Assembly (NCBI GenBank): GCA_951406725.2
Contig: OX597819.1
Location: 5,146,001-5,210,000, forward strand
Direction of reading: 5' to 3'
Origin: Octopus vulgaris
Taxonomy: Eukaryota
Length of the DNA stretch: 64,000 bases
Positions within the stretch are counted from its first letter, which is position 1; each line of letters begins with the position of its first letter. A program made the translations under genes and the position numbers. The notes under the pieces were generated by a model. The model was not told the origin of the DNA. It saw nothing but the letters and a program-made list of their open reading frames with translations, and ran no database searches. Of the stretch, positions 1-12,879 are shown in pieces.

Positions 1-323
1 AATTGCCTCATCAGTAGGCTGATGTTGAAATTTGTAAAAAACATCAAATTATAAAATTATAAAGTGGTACCCCACTAATATATATAGCAAGCTTGGTATC
101 AATTAGGTATGTGAATAGGTTTATTGTTTGATGCTTTAAAATTTTGCAATCTGCCACTCTTGCCAAGGACCTCAATAATAACGATAATTACTAGTAGTAG
201 TAGTAGTAATGTAGTTGGGTGTTAAGTATCATGGAAAGAGACCCTGTAAGTCTTTTCTCAACAGGTTGCTCTCCACGCTCTCACAGAATTAATTGGAGCA
301 ATTAAAATCAAGAGCTATGTGAA

Positions 324-370
<47 letters not shown>

Positions 371-371
371 C

Positions 372-820
372 CTTTCTATTAAAGGCACAAGGCCTGAAAT
401 TTTGGAGGCGGGGTAGTTGATTACATCGACCCCAGTGCTCAACTGGTACTTATTTCATCACCCCTGAAAGGATGAAAGACAAAGTCAACCTCGGCAGAAT
501 TTGAACTCAGATTGTAGTGACTGGCAAAACACCACTAAGCATTTCATCCAGCGTGCTAACGATTCTGCCAGCCTGCTGCCTTAATAATAATAATCATAAT
601 AATAATAATTTCAAATTTTGCCACAAGGGCAGCAATTTTGGTGGGAGGGGATGAGCTGATTACATCAATCCCAGTGCTTAACTGGTACTTATTATGTTGA
701 CTCCAAAAGGATGAAAGGCAAAGTTGACCTCAACAGAATTTGAACTCAGAACAGTGATGGGCGAAATACCACTTAGCATTTTATCCAACATGCTAACAAT
801 TCTGTCAGCTTTCTGCTTTA
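372..820 (-). mobile_element. Two tandem SINEs of family S2 (tRNA-like head, conserved gcctttcatcctttcggggtcgataaa core)
   Basis: Copies at about 372-583 and 608-820 separated by (TAA)n. The same family recurs at about 4222, 19428, 22350, 36580, 45915 and 59197-59597. Confidence 0.85.
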
Positions 821-829
821 ATAATAATC

Positions 830-861
<32 letters not shown>

Positions 862-864
<3 letters not shown>

Positions 865-1264
865 ATGAGGTTGAGAATAGGAAGCCGGACATAGTGTTAA
901 TTGAGAAAGAAAACAAACTATGCTGGATCATAGATATAGCATGCCCAGCTGACAACAAGGTATGCGATAAGGAAGAAAGAAAAGTTGAGAGATATGACAG
1001 GTTAGCTTGGGATGTTAAGCAGTTGTGGTCAATGAAAAAGGTAGCAGTAGTACCAATAATTGTAAGAGCCCTGGGAACAGTGAGCAAAAATCTCGAGAAG
1101 TACGTGGAACAAATAAGGGTGGAGCACTTGCAGAAAACAGCTCTGCTTTGAACCGCTCGAATACTCTGGAAGGTGCTCGAAAAACAAGAGGTGTTGCTTT
1201 AGTTCACTGGTAGTGAACAGCTGACACTGTAGTACATCTCCAGCGTTAGAAGCTGTGCAAAGGC
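862..1264 (+). mobile_element. 5'-truncated R4/Dong-like non-LTR retrotransposon (restriction-like endonuclease C-terminus) in (TAA)n
   Basis: Translates NRKPDIVLIEKENKLCWIIDIACP...KVERY...VVPIIV.ALG...LQKTALL*TARIL, a PD..D..K RLE motif with one premature stop. Flanked on both sides by (TAA)n. Confidence 0.85.
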
Positions 1265-1270
1265 AATAAC

Positions 1271-1303
<33 letters not shown>

Positions 1304-1305
<2 letters not shown>

Positions 1306-1639
1306 GGGGAGCATCATAGCCATGTGTTGAGAGGGATTCTTTGGGGTTTGAATAATTCACCTCTGGAAACATGGGTGTTTCGTTCAACATCCTTAAACAA
1401 CCCTTAATCAGGGACCTTTTGAGTGGGATGGGCTATCCGACCAGAAGAAATTTCTAACTGGGCCCCACCTGCAAGGTCATGTGCTGTTTATCTTGTTATG
1501 AGATCACCATGTCACGCACATATGGTTGCGATGCATGTGCCTGGTGTACCCTTATCAGACGGGTAATCATGATGGGTATACTGGGCTTCGTTTATTTTAC
1601 CCCAGTGTCACTTTGATGGCATGAACTGCTCTCTCACTC

Positions 1640-1640
<1 letters not shown>
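1304..1640. mobile_element. Unclassified non-coding interspersed element between (TAA)n tracts
   Basis: Block of higher GC than its flanks, sharply bounded by (TAA)n on both sides and adjacent to the R4/Dong fragment. No credible ORF. Confidence 0.5.
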
Positions 1641-1674
<34 letters not shown>

Positions 1675-2134
1675 TAGCAGCAGTTGCAGTGCAGTGAATA
1701 ACTTCTCTATGATTGTGTTCAATACTTAGACTGATAATAAAAGCAGGAAAATTTTACTAAACTTGAGATATTTAAAACTGACAGAAATAAATCTAAAGAA
1801 CCCACTGTTGATTACAGGTAAACCCAGGATGAAACCCAGTATTGAAACAAAGATAATATTAAATCATGGTACCTCTGCTGCATATAATGTTATATATTTT
1901 CAATAATTAATTTACCTTTAGTCTTCTTGTTTCAGTCATTGGACTGCAACCATACCTGTGCACCACCTTGAAGAGTTTTGTCAAACAAATAGACCCCAGT
2001 ACTTTTTATTTTTTAAACCTGGTACTTATTCTGGCAGTCTCTGTTGCAGAACTGCTGACTTACAGGGACATAAACAAAGCAACACTGGTTGTCAAGTGAT
2101 GCTGGGGGACAGATACAAAGACACATAAAAGGAG

Positions 2135-2452
2135 CACTCTGTCGGTTATGATGACGCAGGTCCCAGCTGATACGATCAACAGAACAGCTTGCTTGTGAAA
2201 TTAACGTGCAAGTGGCTGAGTACTCCACAGACACGTGTACCCTTAACGTAGTTCACAAGGGGATTCAGCATGACACAGAGTGTGACAAGGCTGGACCCTT
2301 TTAGAAATACAGGTACTACTCATTTTTGCCAGCTAAGTGGACTGGAGCAACGTGAAATAAAGTGTCTTGCTCATGGACACCACGTTACCGGGAATCGAAC
2401 TCACAATCTTACAATCATAAGCTGTCTGCTCTAACCACTAAGCCACGTGCCC
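2135..2452 (-). mobile_element. tRNA-derived SINE with CORE-like domain (family S4)
   Basis: Minus strand reads ggcacgtggcttagtggttagagc (A box), gagttcgattcc (B box), then gtccatgagcaagacactttatttcac...aaaaatgagta. Confidence 0.75.
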
Positions 2453-2506
2453 TCACACAAAAACACATATATAGATACATAATACATACATATATATGTA
2501 TGGCAC

Positions 2507-2736
2507 TTAAAAAACACCATCCGAGCGTGGCCATTCACCAGCCTCGTCTGGCACTTGTGTCGGTGGCACATAAAAAGCACCCACTACACTCACGGAGTGG
2601 TTGGCGTTAGGAAGGGCATCCAGCTGTAGAAACTCTGCCAGATCTGACTGGCCTGGTGCAGCCTTCTGGCTTCCCAGACCCCAGTTGAACCGTCTAACCC
2701 ATGCTAGCATGGAAAGCGGACGTTAAACGATGATGA
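2507..2736 (+). mobile_element. (GAT)n-tailed retroposon (family S3), short copy
   Basis: One repeat unit + ggttggcgttaggaagggcatccagctgtagaaac core + catgctagcatggaaagcggacgttaaac(gat)n tail. Confidence 0.85.
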
Positions 2737-3213
2737 TATGTGTACACACACACACATGTATATATGTATGTATATGATGAGTTTCTTTCAGTTTTGGTGA
2801 CCTGGAGCAATAGTAGAAGACACTTGCCATAGGTGCAAGGCAGCAGGACTGAACCCAAGACTATATGGTTAGGAAGCAAACTTCTGAACCTCTTAGACAC
2901 AATTGCACCTCATTGTTGCTCGTGTTTTTTTCAGTCTACATTATATTTTTCCAAACTAAGTAAGTTTTTGTAGATGCATGACTGGATGGTTAAGAAATTT
3001 GCTTAACAATTACAAAGTTCTTGGTTCAATTCCACTGCATGGTATCTTGGGGGCAAGTATCTGTGCTTTTAGTCTTAGATCAATCAAGCCTTTGAGTAAA
3101 GCTGAGTTGATGGAAACTGTGTGGAAGTCCCTACCCCCAGGTTAATTGCACTTTTAAATGAGAGGTTCAGTCTTGCCTCTCTGACTCTGCCTGAGGATTA
3201 TATTAAGAATACA

Positions 3214-3614
3214 TACTCTTTTACTCTTTTACTGGTTTCAGTCAATTGACTGCGGCCATGCTGGAGCACCGCCTTTTTAGTCGAGCAAATCGACCCCGGG
3301 ACTTATTCTTTGTAAGCCCAGTACTTATTCTATCGGTCTCTTTTGCCGAACCGCTAAGTGACGGGGACGTAAACACACCAGCACTAGGGGGACAAACACA
3401 GACACACAAACACATACACACACACATATATATATATATATACATATATACGACAGGCTTCTATCAGTTTCCGTCTACTAAATCAACTCACAAGGCATTG
3501 GTCAGCCCGGGGCTATAGCAGAAGACACTTGCCCAAGATGCCACACAGTGGGACTGAACCCGGAACCATGTGGTTGGTTAGCAAGCTACTTACCACACAG
3601 CCACTCCTGCGCCT
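3214..3614 (-). mobile_element. Full-length tRNA-derived CORE-like SINE (family S1)
   Basis: Head ggcgcaggagtggctgtgtggtaag...ggttcagtccc (A/B boxes), cttgggcaagtgtctt core, internal (TA)/(TG) tract, (gtaaaaga)n tail. Many near-identical copies in the window. Confidence 0.9.
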
Positions 3615-4532
3615 GTCTATGGTAAACTCAGCCACTTAATGTTAATTCAATTATATGTTCTTCAGTTGTCCCGTTTGTTTTGTACAAATTTTTAATCTAA
3701 TAAATTGGCTGAATCAGAAACGCCATCCACATGGAAGACAATACGTCAGTGTCAATGTATTAATGTAGGAAGCATCAAAAGGTTTATTTCAAATGAATAT
3801 GTGATGGGAAAGAGGAGGAAAACATTTAAAAAACAAAAGGCTAAAAAAAATGTATTAGTCGATGACTAATATTCTTTTCATTTTTCTGACAAGTATAAAC
3901 CAGTTTTGGTCCAATTTTGACTTGATATGCTAGGCATAATAACCTTCTCTATACTTGCAAAGCAGTGATGAAAGAATCACTAAGATATTTGTTGGCAAAA
4001 GAAAATAGAATTGTTTATAATTTAAGTAATTAAAAGTTGTCATATTTATGACAATACGGAAATCGTTACTTTTTTATGTACGTTTTTATGTAGTGAAATA
4101 AACACAAGTCAATGTTTGATGTTATTTTCAATTTTCCAAGGGAGACAATCCCAGACAAGTTTCGGTATTATTCTGACATCAAAAGCAAAGTATAACCATC
4201 ATTATTTAAAGTTAAAATTTAGGTAGTGAGCTGGCAGAACCATTAGTATGCTGAACCAATTGCTTAAAGGCATTTCTTCCAATTCATTGAATTCTGAGTT
4301 TCAATTTCACCAAGGTCAACTTTGCCTTTCATCTTTTTGAGATCAATACAATAAATATAAGATGAATACTGGGTCAGTATCATTGACTATTCCCTTCTAA
4401 AACTGTTGGCCTTGTGCCAAAATTGGAAACCATTATTTAATATTATGTCTTACATTGTCTCTTCTGTTTGACAGGGGAAAACGAAAACCATTGTAGCCAT
4501 TTCCTAATAATATATATATATATATTCATTTA

Positions 4533-4955
4533 TTCTTTTACTTGTTTCAATCATTTGACTGCAGCCATGCTGGAGCACTACCTTAAAGGGTTTTAGTTGA
4601 AGAAATTAACCCCAAGACTTGTTCTTTGTAAGCCTAGTACTTATTCTATCAGTTACTTTTGCGAATTACTAAGTTACGGGGACATAAACACACCAACATC
4701 AGTTGTCAACCAATGGTGGGGAAACAAACACAGACAGACAGACACACATAAATATACATATATGTGTGTGTGTGTGTGTGTGTGTGTATGCACAACGGGC
4801 TTCTTTCAGTTTCCGTCTACCAATTCCACTCATAAGGCTTTGGTTGGCCCAAAACTACAGTAGAAGACACTTGTGCAAGATGCCACGCAGTGGGACTGAA
4901 CCCAGAACCATGTGGTTGGGAAGCAAGCATTTTACCACCCAGCCACACCTTCACC
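4533..4955 (-). mobile_element. S1 SINE, older copy
   Basis: Colinear with 3214-3614 but with more substitutions. Confidence 0.85.
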
Positions 4956-6315
4956 TATATGATTTTGATTTTTCCAGTTTCAGCTAATGAGCTGTGGCCA
5001 TTATATATATTTTCTCTACATATCTATTTCTGATCTGTTTTTGTGAACTTCATGCATCAAATATGTTAACCACTGGCTTACGGAGTTAATTTTAAGGTTA
5101 AAAATAATTCGAAATTCTTGATCTGATATCTAGAACTTGGTCTGTTTAACCCAAAATATAACTATTGGAATGTCATCTATCTGTTGGAATTTGGCATTAT
5201 GCATCCTGCAAAGGAATTTTTGTGCTATAAATATTAATATATTAATATATATTCAGATATTAGAAGGGAAAGATAACAGTATTGGTATTTTGTATTCTTT
5301 ATTTATTAAGAAACATTTGTGTACAAAGTTCCAAAAAGTTTCTTATTCTCTTACATTTACTTTCTTTAAGGAAAAATTTGTTCACTTATCATAGTGTGTG
5401 TGTGTGTGTGTAAACATTTCATAGTTAATATATCAAATCTTATGTTTTCATAGGATCTAAAAGAAACTCTTTAGGGGTCTAATGGCTGAAGAATTAATTA
5501 TCTGATTTACTGACTATAAAGGTGAAATACTATTAAAAGAATTATGTTGTGTCTCTCAGTTAAACATATAACTCTTTTCTTCAGAGTACATGATTGATAG
5601 TAGGTTCTGTCACTGCTTTTCCAAATGAATGGTTATTAACAGGAAACACCTTGTTCAACTTCTGAAAATATCTCAGAAGTTAAACAAATTTGCAAAACTT
5701 CACCCATTTCTGACTCAGAAAATGGTTTAAACAATAGCAGAACATGTCTTTGTGCCCCAGGGCAGTACATTTTTCTACTAGGTATTTTACTGCCTTCATC
5801 TTATTAAATCTAAATTTCCTGAAAGTAATAGTGGTCTTGTTTCTCTAAATATTATTTACTCCATTTCAACTCAAATTATTTGCATCATATTTCATCATTC
5901 TCACAATTAAAAAGAAATTTCATGTGTTTATTGATTGTGATCAATATAATTATTTTGTCTTCGAATAGGTTTTTCTGTTTGTTAGCTTGAACCAACACGA
6001 ATATTCTGCCAAAATAACTGAAGACCTGGCTCTTTTCCTAATTTTACGTTACTGTTCACCTTTATTCTATATCTTCTTCCATTTAAATACCTGGCATTTC
6101 AGTCTTATCAATCCTGTCATAAATATAGACTCACCTTGGCTGGGAGTTAATTGTTCAGTATTCCAAGATGAGTTGTTTTTTCTCAGAATCTTATAGTACT
6201 TAGATTTAGATTTAAGGGACATAAGTTTTTATGAATTAAGTGGCATTGTTGTGGATATAATTTAGGCCTTTTGAAAAGATGCAGACAATAAACCCACCTT
6301 TTGATAAAGCTTGAA

Positions 6316-6347
<32 letters not shown>

Positions 6348-8391
6348 TTAACCTTCACTTTCCATGCTGGCATGGATTGGACAGTTTGACAGGAACTGGC
6401 CAGGTAGAAGACTACACCAGGCTTTTGTGTCTGTTTTGGCATGGTTTTTATAATCATTTTTTGTATTGGCATAAACTAATATCATAGAACCCCTCAAAAA
6501 GATCTTGGACACTGCTTTTCTTCTTCTGGGTAAGTAATTTAGGAAAAAAGAAAAGAAAAGTAAAACACGCTGTAGAAGTGTGTAGTCAATGAACTCAATC
6601 TCGGTACACATGCAATACACATTTTATTGACTTCAGAAGGTGGAACTACAAAGTTAATTTCACTGGGAATTAAACACCAGATGTGGAGACTAGTAAATAC
6701 CTCAAGTCATTTAATCTAATCAGGTTACCCTTAATTACTTGCTTTACCTGTTTTCACCCTCTTCATCATCCTCCAGTTCTGTTTAGTCTATTATTGAATA
6801 AATCTGTTACTAAACCTTCATCTTATAGTAAGTTGCTGGTAGTGTTACTACCAAGTTATCTGCCATCTGTTGTTCAGTAATGGAAACATGAGTAAGCGTA
6901 CACACCTTACATTTACTTCTCACCTTCCTCTTTTATGCTTAACATCTGTACTAATGATATTATTTATTAGGTATTTTGGTTAGCAATTATTCAAATTTGG
7001 AGTATTAACTTTCCTGCCATCTTCTTGTTTTTTACAGAACTCTCATGATATAAATATTTAATATAAACAGACTCTAATTTTGAAGACTATTTTCATCTCT
7101 GGTACTATCATAACTTTTGGGCATATTGTAAAATCTACCTGTACAATGGGTGTGTACAAATTTTCCCCAGAATAATTTTTATTGTAATCCTTAACACCCT
7201 TACTATTTCTTCCTTACCATACACTTGATTTATACTTCTTTGTTCTATCCACATTTAAAAACAAACCATTTCCTAAAGACTTGATAGTTAAAGACATTGG
7301 TTGATTATGTTAGTAACTGATCAGTTGGCATGCTACTAAAATTATTTACTATTGGAAAAGATTAACCATTTAAAAGAGTCTCTGTGTGGTCATCCAACCT
7401 GCTACGAATAGCAGCCAAATCATTCTCAAATTACACCTTACTGTTTTAAAAAAAGAAGGGCTAGATGGCATATTGTATAATGTAGTCCTAGATACACAGT
7501 GGCTGACAGAAGGATGAAGTGATAATAGCCAGAACACCTTTGATTATATGTCTGTTTGGTTGGTGAGGACCTCGTGCTAAACAGCTGTAGCAACATCAGT
7601 TATAAAGAGGGTTTCACTGTAAACATTTGAATCTGCTGCAATATCTAATCACCCGGTTATAACAATAAGTTAATGTCAAGCAGATTAAAAATAGATTCAC
7701 TAAATTATATTTTAGTGTATGCAGTATGCCAGCTTCTTACATAGTGATAATATATTCATTGTAGTCTGAGCAGTGGTATTTTATTATGGCTATCTACTTG
7801 TGTAACTTGTGTCTGTGTGTCATTCAGATAAGAGTAAACCAATACTATAATAATATTTCTAATTCTTAAGAATTGGAATACTTATCTGTTTACTTTCTTT
7901 CATTATTTGATAGTAATGTTTTCTGCAATCTGCTTGTACCCTTATCTCCCTTTGTGGGTTTCTGCCTGTGTCTCTTTGTATTCATGTATGTACATAATCA
8001 TGAATATAGCCTTGTTCATAAACGCAAGCTATTACATCCAAACATTTACAAGCTAACATACACACATACTCTCACACACCACAAACATACAATCTGAAAA
8101 ACTTTATAGTAAGTAAACATACCTACATTCAAGATTATATTCCTCCCTATCTCTCTCACTTTCTCTTAAATCAACACCATATTTGACATCTCCTGTATGT
8201 TAATTTTATTTATTAGCATCTTTAAGAAACCTTTATACAGGTGACTAGGAAATATGTGAGATACTGATGGTGACTGAGGGATAAAACAGGTGTGGAACTT
8301 GAAATTAATGCCATAAATCATTACTATTCCATTGAAGAGGTTATCTTGCATGTTTTGGGAATTATTTCAGTTTTTACACTGTTAATTAGTT

Positions 8392-8882
8392 ATCATCATC
8401 ATCATCATTGTTTGACCGTGGTCGAGACAATGGAATTCACTATGTTACGCCAGACTTCATGGTCCATCATGGCATTACGGAGGTCCTGTTGCTGGATGCC
8501 TGTATCCCTGGAGATTACATCAGGGTAGGAGAGTGTGCGCCCTCTGGTATTGCGAGTAGATGGCTTCCAGAGGAGAAGAGTAGAAATTACCTCTTTTTCA
8601 GCTCTACAACAATGTCCAGCAAACTGGACTCTCTTACCTTTCACAAGAGATGATACAGGTGGTAGTTTCCCATATATTTGCATTTTGGTTGGATGGCGCT
8701 TCCACGAGAGATTTTGAGCTCTCATAAGGAGGCGAGTGTAGGTTCCATCCAACCGCCTCTCAAGCTTCTTTGATAACGTCCAGGTTTCTGAGCCATATAG
8801 TAGAATTGGTTCGACTGTGGCTCTGAAGATTTCAAGTTTGAGGTCTCTACTTAGATTTGATGACCAGATCTTATGCATGTCA
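8392..8882 (-). mobile_element. 5'-truncated RTE-clade LINE (C-terminal end of ORF) with (GAT)n tail
   Basis: ORF 8405-8878 contains KLEIFRATVEPILLYGSETW...LDGTYTRLL...FAGHC...GRTLSY.D; the stop runs directly into (GAT)n. Confidence 0.9.
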
Positions 8883-9247
8883 TTACATTAGTTATAGCAA
8901 TGCTAGTATGTAACATTTCTAAGCTCATTAGAAGTAATTGGAGAGACATTACTTTTGGATTTTGCTTTAGAGTTTCATTCCATTGTTCAGCATCTTGGGC
9001 AAGTGGGTTTTTTTTTTTACCATGACTTCAAGTTGGCTTATACACCTTTGCAGTTATTAGTAGAATTTGGTTGACATATATGAAAGCTGTAGAAACCATG
9101 CCAAATCAGACTGGAACTTGGTGCAGCTCTCTGACTTACCAGTTCCAGTCAACCCATCTGACCCATGCCAGCATGGAAAGCAGACACTAAATGATGATAC
9201 TGTGTGTGTGTGTTTATGTATGTGTATTTTAGTTTAATTTTAGAGTT

Positions 9248-10520
9248 GGCTTCTGTGCCGGTGGCACATAAAAAGTACCATCCGAACGTGGCCAATGCCA
9301 GCGCTGCCTCGACTGGCTCCAGTGCCGGTGGCACATAAAAAGCACCATCCGAACGTGGCCGTTGCCAGCGCCGCCTCGACTGGCTTTTGTGCCGGTGGCA
9401 CATAAAAAGCACCATCCGAACGTGGCCAATGCCAGCACTGCCTCGACCGGCTTCTGTGCCGGTGCCACATAAAAAGCACCATCCGAACGTGGGCGATGCC
9501 AGCGCTGCCTCGACTGACTCCAGTGCCGGTGGCACATAAAAAGCACCATCCGAACGTGGCCGTTGCCAGCGCCGCCTGACTGGCTTCTGTGCCGGTGGCA
9601 CATAAAAAGCACCATCCGAACGTGGCCGTTGCCAGCGCCGACTCGACTGGCTCCAGTGCCGGTGGCACATAAAAAGCACCGTCCGAACGTGGCCGTTGCC
9701 AGCGCCGCCTCGACTGGCTTTTGTGCCGGTGGCACATAAAAAGCACCATCCGAACGTGGCCAATGCCAGCACTGGCTCGACCGGCTTCTGTGCCGGTGGC
9801 ACATAAAAAGCACCATCTGAACGTGGGCGATGCCAGCGCTGCCTCGACTGACTCCAGTGCCGGTGACACATAAAAAGTACCATCCGAACGTGGGCGATGC
9901 CAGCGCTGCCTCGACTGACTCCAGTGCCGGTGGCACATAAAAAGCACCATCCGAACGTGGCCGTTGCCAGCGCCGCCCCGACTGGCTTCTGTGCCGGTGG
10001 CACATAAAAAGCACCATCCGAACGTGGCCGTTGCCAGCGCCGACTCGACTAGCTTCTGTGCCGGTGGCACATAAAAAGCACCATCCGAACGTTGCCGTTG
10101 CCAGCACCGCCTCGACTGGCTTCTGTGCCGGTGGCACATAAAAAGCACCATCTGAACGTGGCTGATGCCAGCCCCGCCTCGACTGCCTTCTGTGCCGGTG
10201 GCACATAAAAAGCACCATCCGAACGTGGCTGATGCCAGCTCCGCCTTGGATGGCTTCTGTGCCGGTGGCACGTTAAAAGCACCAACCGATCGTGGCCGAT
10301 GCCGGACCTCCCAGGCACCTGTGCAGGTGGCACGTAAAAAGCACCCACTACACTACTTGCGGAGTGGTTGGCGTTAGGAAGGGCATCCAGCTGTAGAAAC
10401 TCTGCCAGATCAGACTGGAGCCTGGTTCAGCCCCTGGCCTTCCAGACCCTGGTCGAACCGTCCAACCCGTGCTAGCGCGGAAAATGGACGTTAAACGATG
10501 ATGATGATGATGATGATGAT
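9248..10520 (+). mobile_element. S3 (GAT)n-tailed retroposon with a long 5' tandem array
   Basis: Tandem array followed by the S3 core (about 10366-10400), the tail and (GAT)n ending near 10520. Confidence 0.9.
9255..10346 (+). repeat. 67-bp GC-rich minisatellite, 17 occurrences of GTGCNGGTGGCACRTAAAAAGCACC
   Basis: Motif starts at 9255, 9322, 9389, 9456, 9523, 9589, 9656, 9723, 9790, 9857, 9924, 9991, 10058, 10125, 10192, 10259 and 10321. Confidence 0.95.
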
Positions 10521-10539
10521 AGAATATATCATTAGATAT

Positions 10540-10860
10540 GTTGAATGGCCCTGGATGCAAAATGGCAATAGCATGTGATCAGTGAGCAACTCTATGGAAG
10601 CCTTCCAAAAGTGACCAACAAGATCAGAGAACAATGTCTCCACTTATCAGGTCATTGCAGGCAACACCAGGAAGAAGAAGCATCAAAACTTATATTCTGG
10701 GACCTACAGCATGGTACTGACAAGCGTGGAAGACATTGTTTGACATTTATTGACAGCCAATAAGAGGACACAGAATTGGATTCTATCCACAAACTAAAAG
10801 TGCTGATGGTAAAATGAGATACTTGGCAAAATGGCTTTGTCTTTGGGGACCAGTTAGAAG
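10540..10860 (+). mobile_element. Degenerate RTE-like LINE C-terminal fragment
   Basis: ISEQLYGSLPKVTNKIR..L.LSGHC..H.EE.ASKLIFW...HG..KRGR..LTFID, parallel to the 8405-8878 protein. Confidence 0.7.
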
Positions 10861-11376
10861 ATAGGCCAAACTAAAAACTTAATATTTACTGACTTGGGAA
10901 CCTTATAGTTTTATGTCCAACCCACCCCACTGTTTTTTTTCTTCTTTTTTTTTTTGTTAACTGAGCTAAACAATAAGCCTCCTAGAATGGTATTGTGATA
11001 ACCAAATAAGTTTTCTTTTTTTCTTTCTCAGAATCAAAATAAGATAGTGTGTTGGCAGTAAAAATAAAGTAACCAAAAATATCAGAGTCCCACCCAAACT
11101 TTAGTTGTATTTCAGCTTGAAAAGCCATTGGTCAATCAATGGAAAATAGCAAGTGTAAATAGGCAATCATCTATTTTGGTGGCAGTATCAGCACAAGTAG
11201 AGTAACTCGTTAATTCAGTCTGGCACCTTTAATTAATGTTCTATTCAATTATTACCTTGGCATTTTGCCTTTCTCTCTATTCTTCACTTGGCACAGCACT
11301 TTAATCCACTCCACCATTCTTATAGACAGGTTTTGTTTATGTACATCCAACTGTGAATAAATGACAGACTGGACAC

Positions 11377-11417
<41 letters not shown>

Positions 11418-12645
11418 CGTGTGTGTATCTGTATTAATGTCCTTTATAGTGATTTGTTGCAATATGTTTTGGCTTATTCATATCCTAAGCATTATTTTGT
11501 GTGGGACTAATTTTGACACGTGCTCCATTAATTTTTGCAACTAACCTATTGAATCAAATTATTCTGCTAACTACACAAATAATTGCATTATGTTCTTTGA
11601 TCAAAAGCAGATGTTGAAATAAACGTGTGTTCTTGTTATAAATGGTGCTTATTATGTTTTGCTGTTCTTCTCTTTTCAACCTTTTTACTTGTTTCAGTCA
11701 TTAGAATGTGGCCATGCTGGGGCACCACCATGAAGGATTTTAGTTGAACTAATCAACCACAGGACTTTTTTTTTCAAAAAACCAACCACTTAGTCTATCT
11801 GCTTTTTTTTTTTGCCAAACTGCTAAGTTACAGGGATGCAAGCAAACGATCACCTGTTGTCAAGTGGTGGTGATGGGGTATAAACACAATGTGCGTACAT
11901 TCATACATTCATACGTTCTTCTTTCTACTAAATCACTTTCTGTTTACCAAATCCACCCTCAAGGCTTTAGTTAATCTGGGTTTTTAACAGAAGACACTTG
12001 CCCAAGGTGCCCTGTGATTAGAAAGCAAGCTTCATACCACACAGCCACATCTAAATATATTGAAAACAGAAATAAAATATTCTCTAAACCTAAGAATGAC
12101 CTTTAGAAATTAAATTTGAGGGAGGAAACTGGAAAGTTGTTATTAATTTAAGTCGATATTACTGTAAAATTCTGTTTTTGTGATTTAGTTGTTTATCTAG
12201 TACTTAAACAATCTTTCTAATTTATTTTCCAGTTTACTTTAATTAATATAATTTAAATTGAAGTATATATTGAGATCAATGTTATATAAGGGTAAATATA
12301 TAACTCATTCACCTGGTAATTAATAACATGACCTTATTTACTCATCATCATCGCCAATTTTAGTGTACACTTTTCCATGCTTGCATGGGTGGGACAGTGT
12401 TTGTTGAGGTAGATTTTCTACAGCTGGATGCCCTTCCTGTCACCAACCCTCACCTGTCTCCTTATTAAGGTAATATTCTTCCATGACCAGACATTTTTTT
12501 GTGAAAGACTGAATATGATAGACAGTGTATGCATGATGGCAACATTTGCTTATTATGATGTCAAGTTATGGGAAGAATAATACATGCATACATCCCTTCC
12601 ACACACACGTGTGCCATATACATTGACAGGTTTCTTTAATTTTCT

Positions 12646-12879
12646 TATTTCTTTACTGCCTACAAGGGGCTACACACAGAGGGGACAAACAAGGACAGAC
12701 AAATGGATTAAGTCAATTACATCGACCCCGGTGCGTAACTGGTGCTTAATTTTTTGACCCCGATGGGATGAAAGGCAGAGTCGACCTTGACGGAATTTGA
12801 ACTCAGAATATAACAGCAGACGAAATACCGCTAAGCATTTTGCCTGGCATGCTAATGTTTCTGCCAGTTCACCGCCTTA
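12646..12879 (-). mobile_element. S2 SINE with target-site duplication, inserted into an S1 remnant
   Basis: aggtttctttaattttct occurs on both sides; the S1 sequence resumes after 12880. Confidence 0.85.

Noticed and set aside
1784-1817. Possible 33-nt exon ending ACAG|gtaaac
   Set aside because: No polypyrimidine tract and no homology; cannot be linked to the gene.
9149-10271. Three overlapping 284-343 aa ORFs on the minus strand
   Set aside because: A 67-bp unit lacking minus-strand stops cycles through all three frames and gives the same peptides in each; not a gene.
9255-10346. CRISPR array
   Set aside because: The variable parts are mutually similar rather than unique spacers, there are no cas genes, the context is eukaryotic, and the unit is part of a dispersed retroposon.
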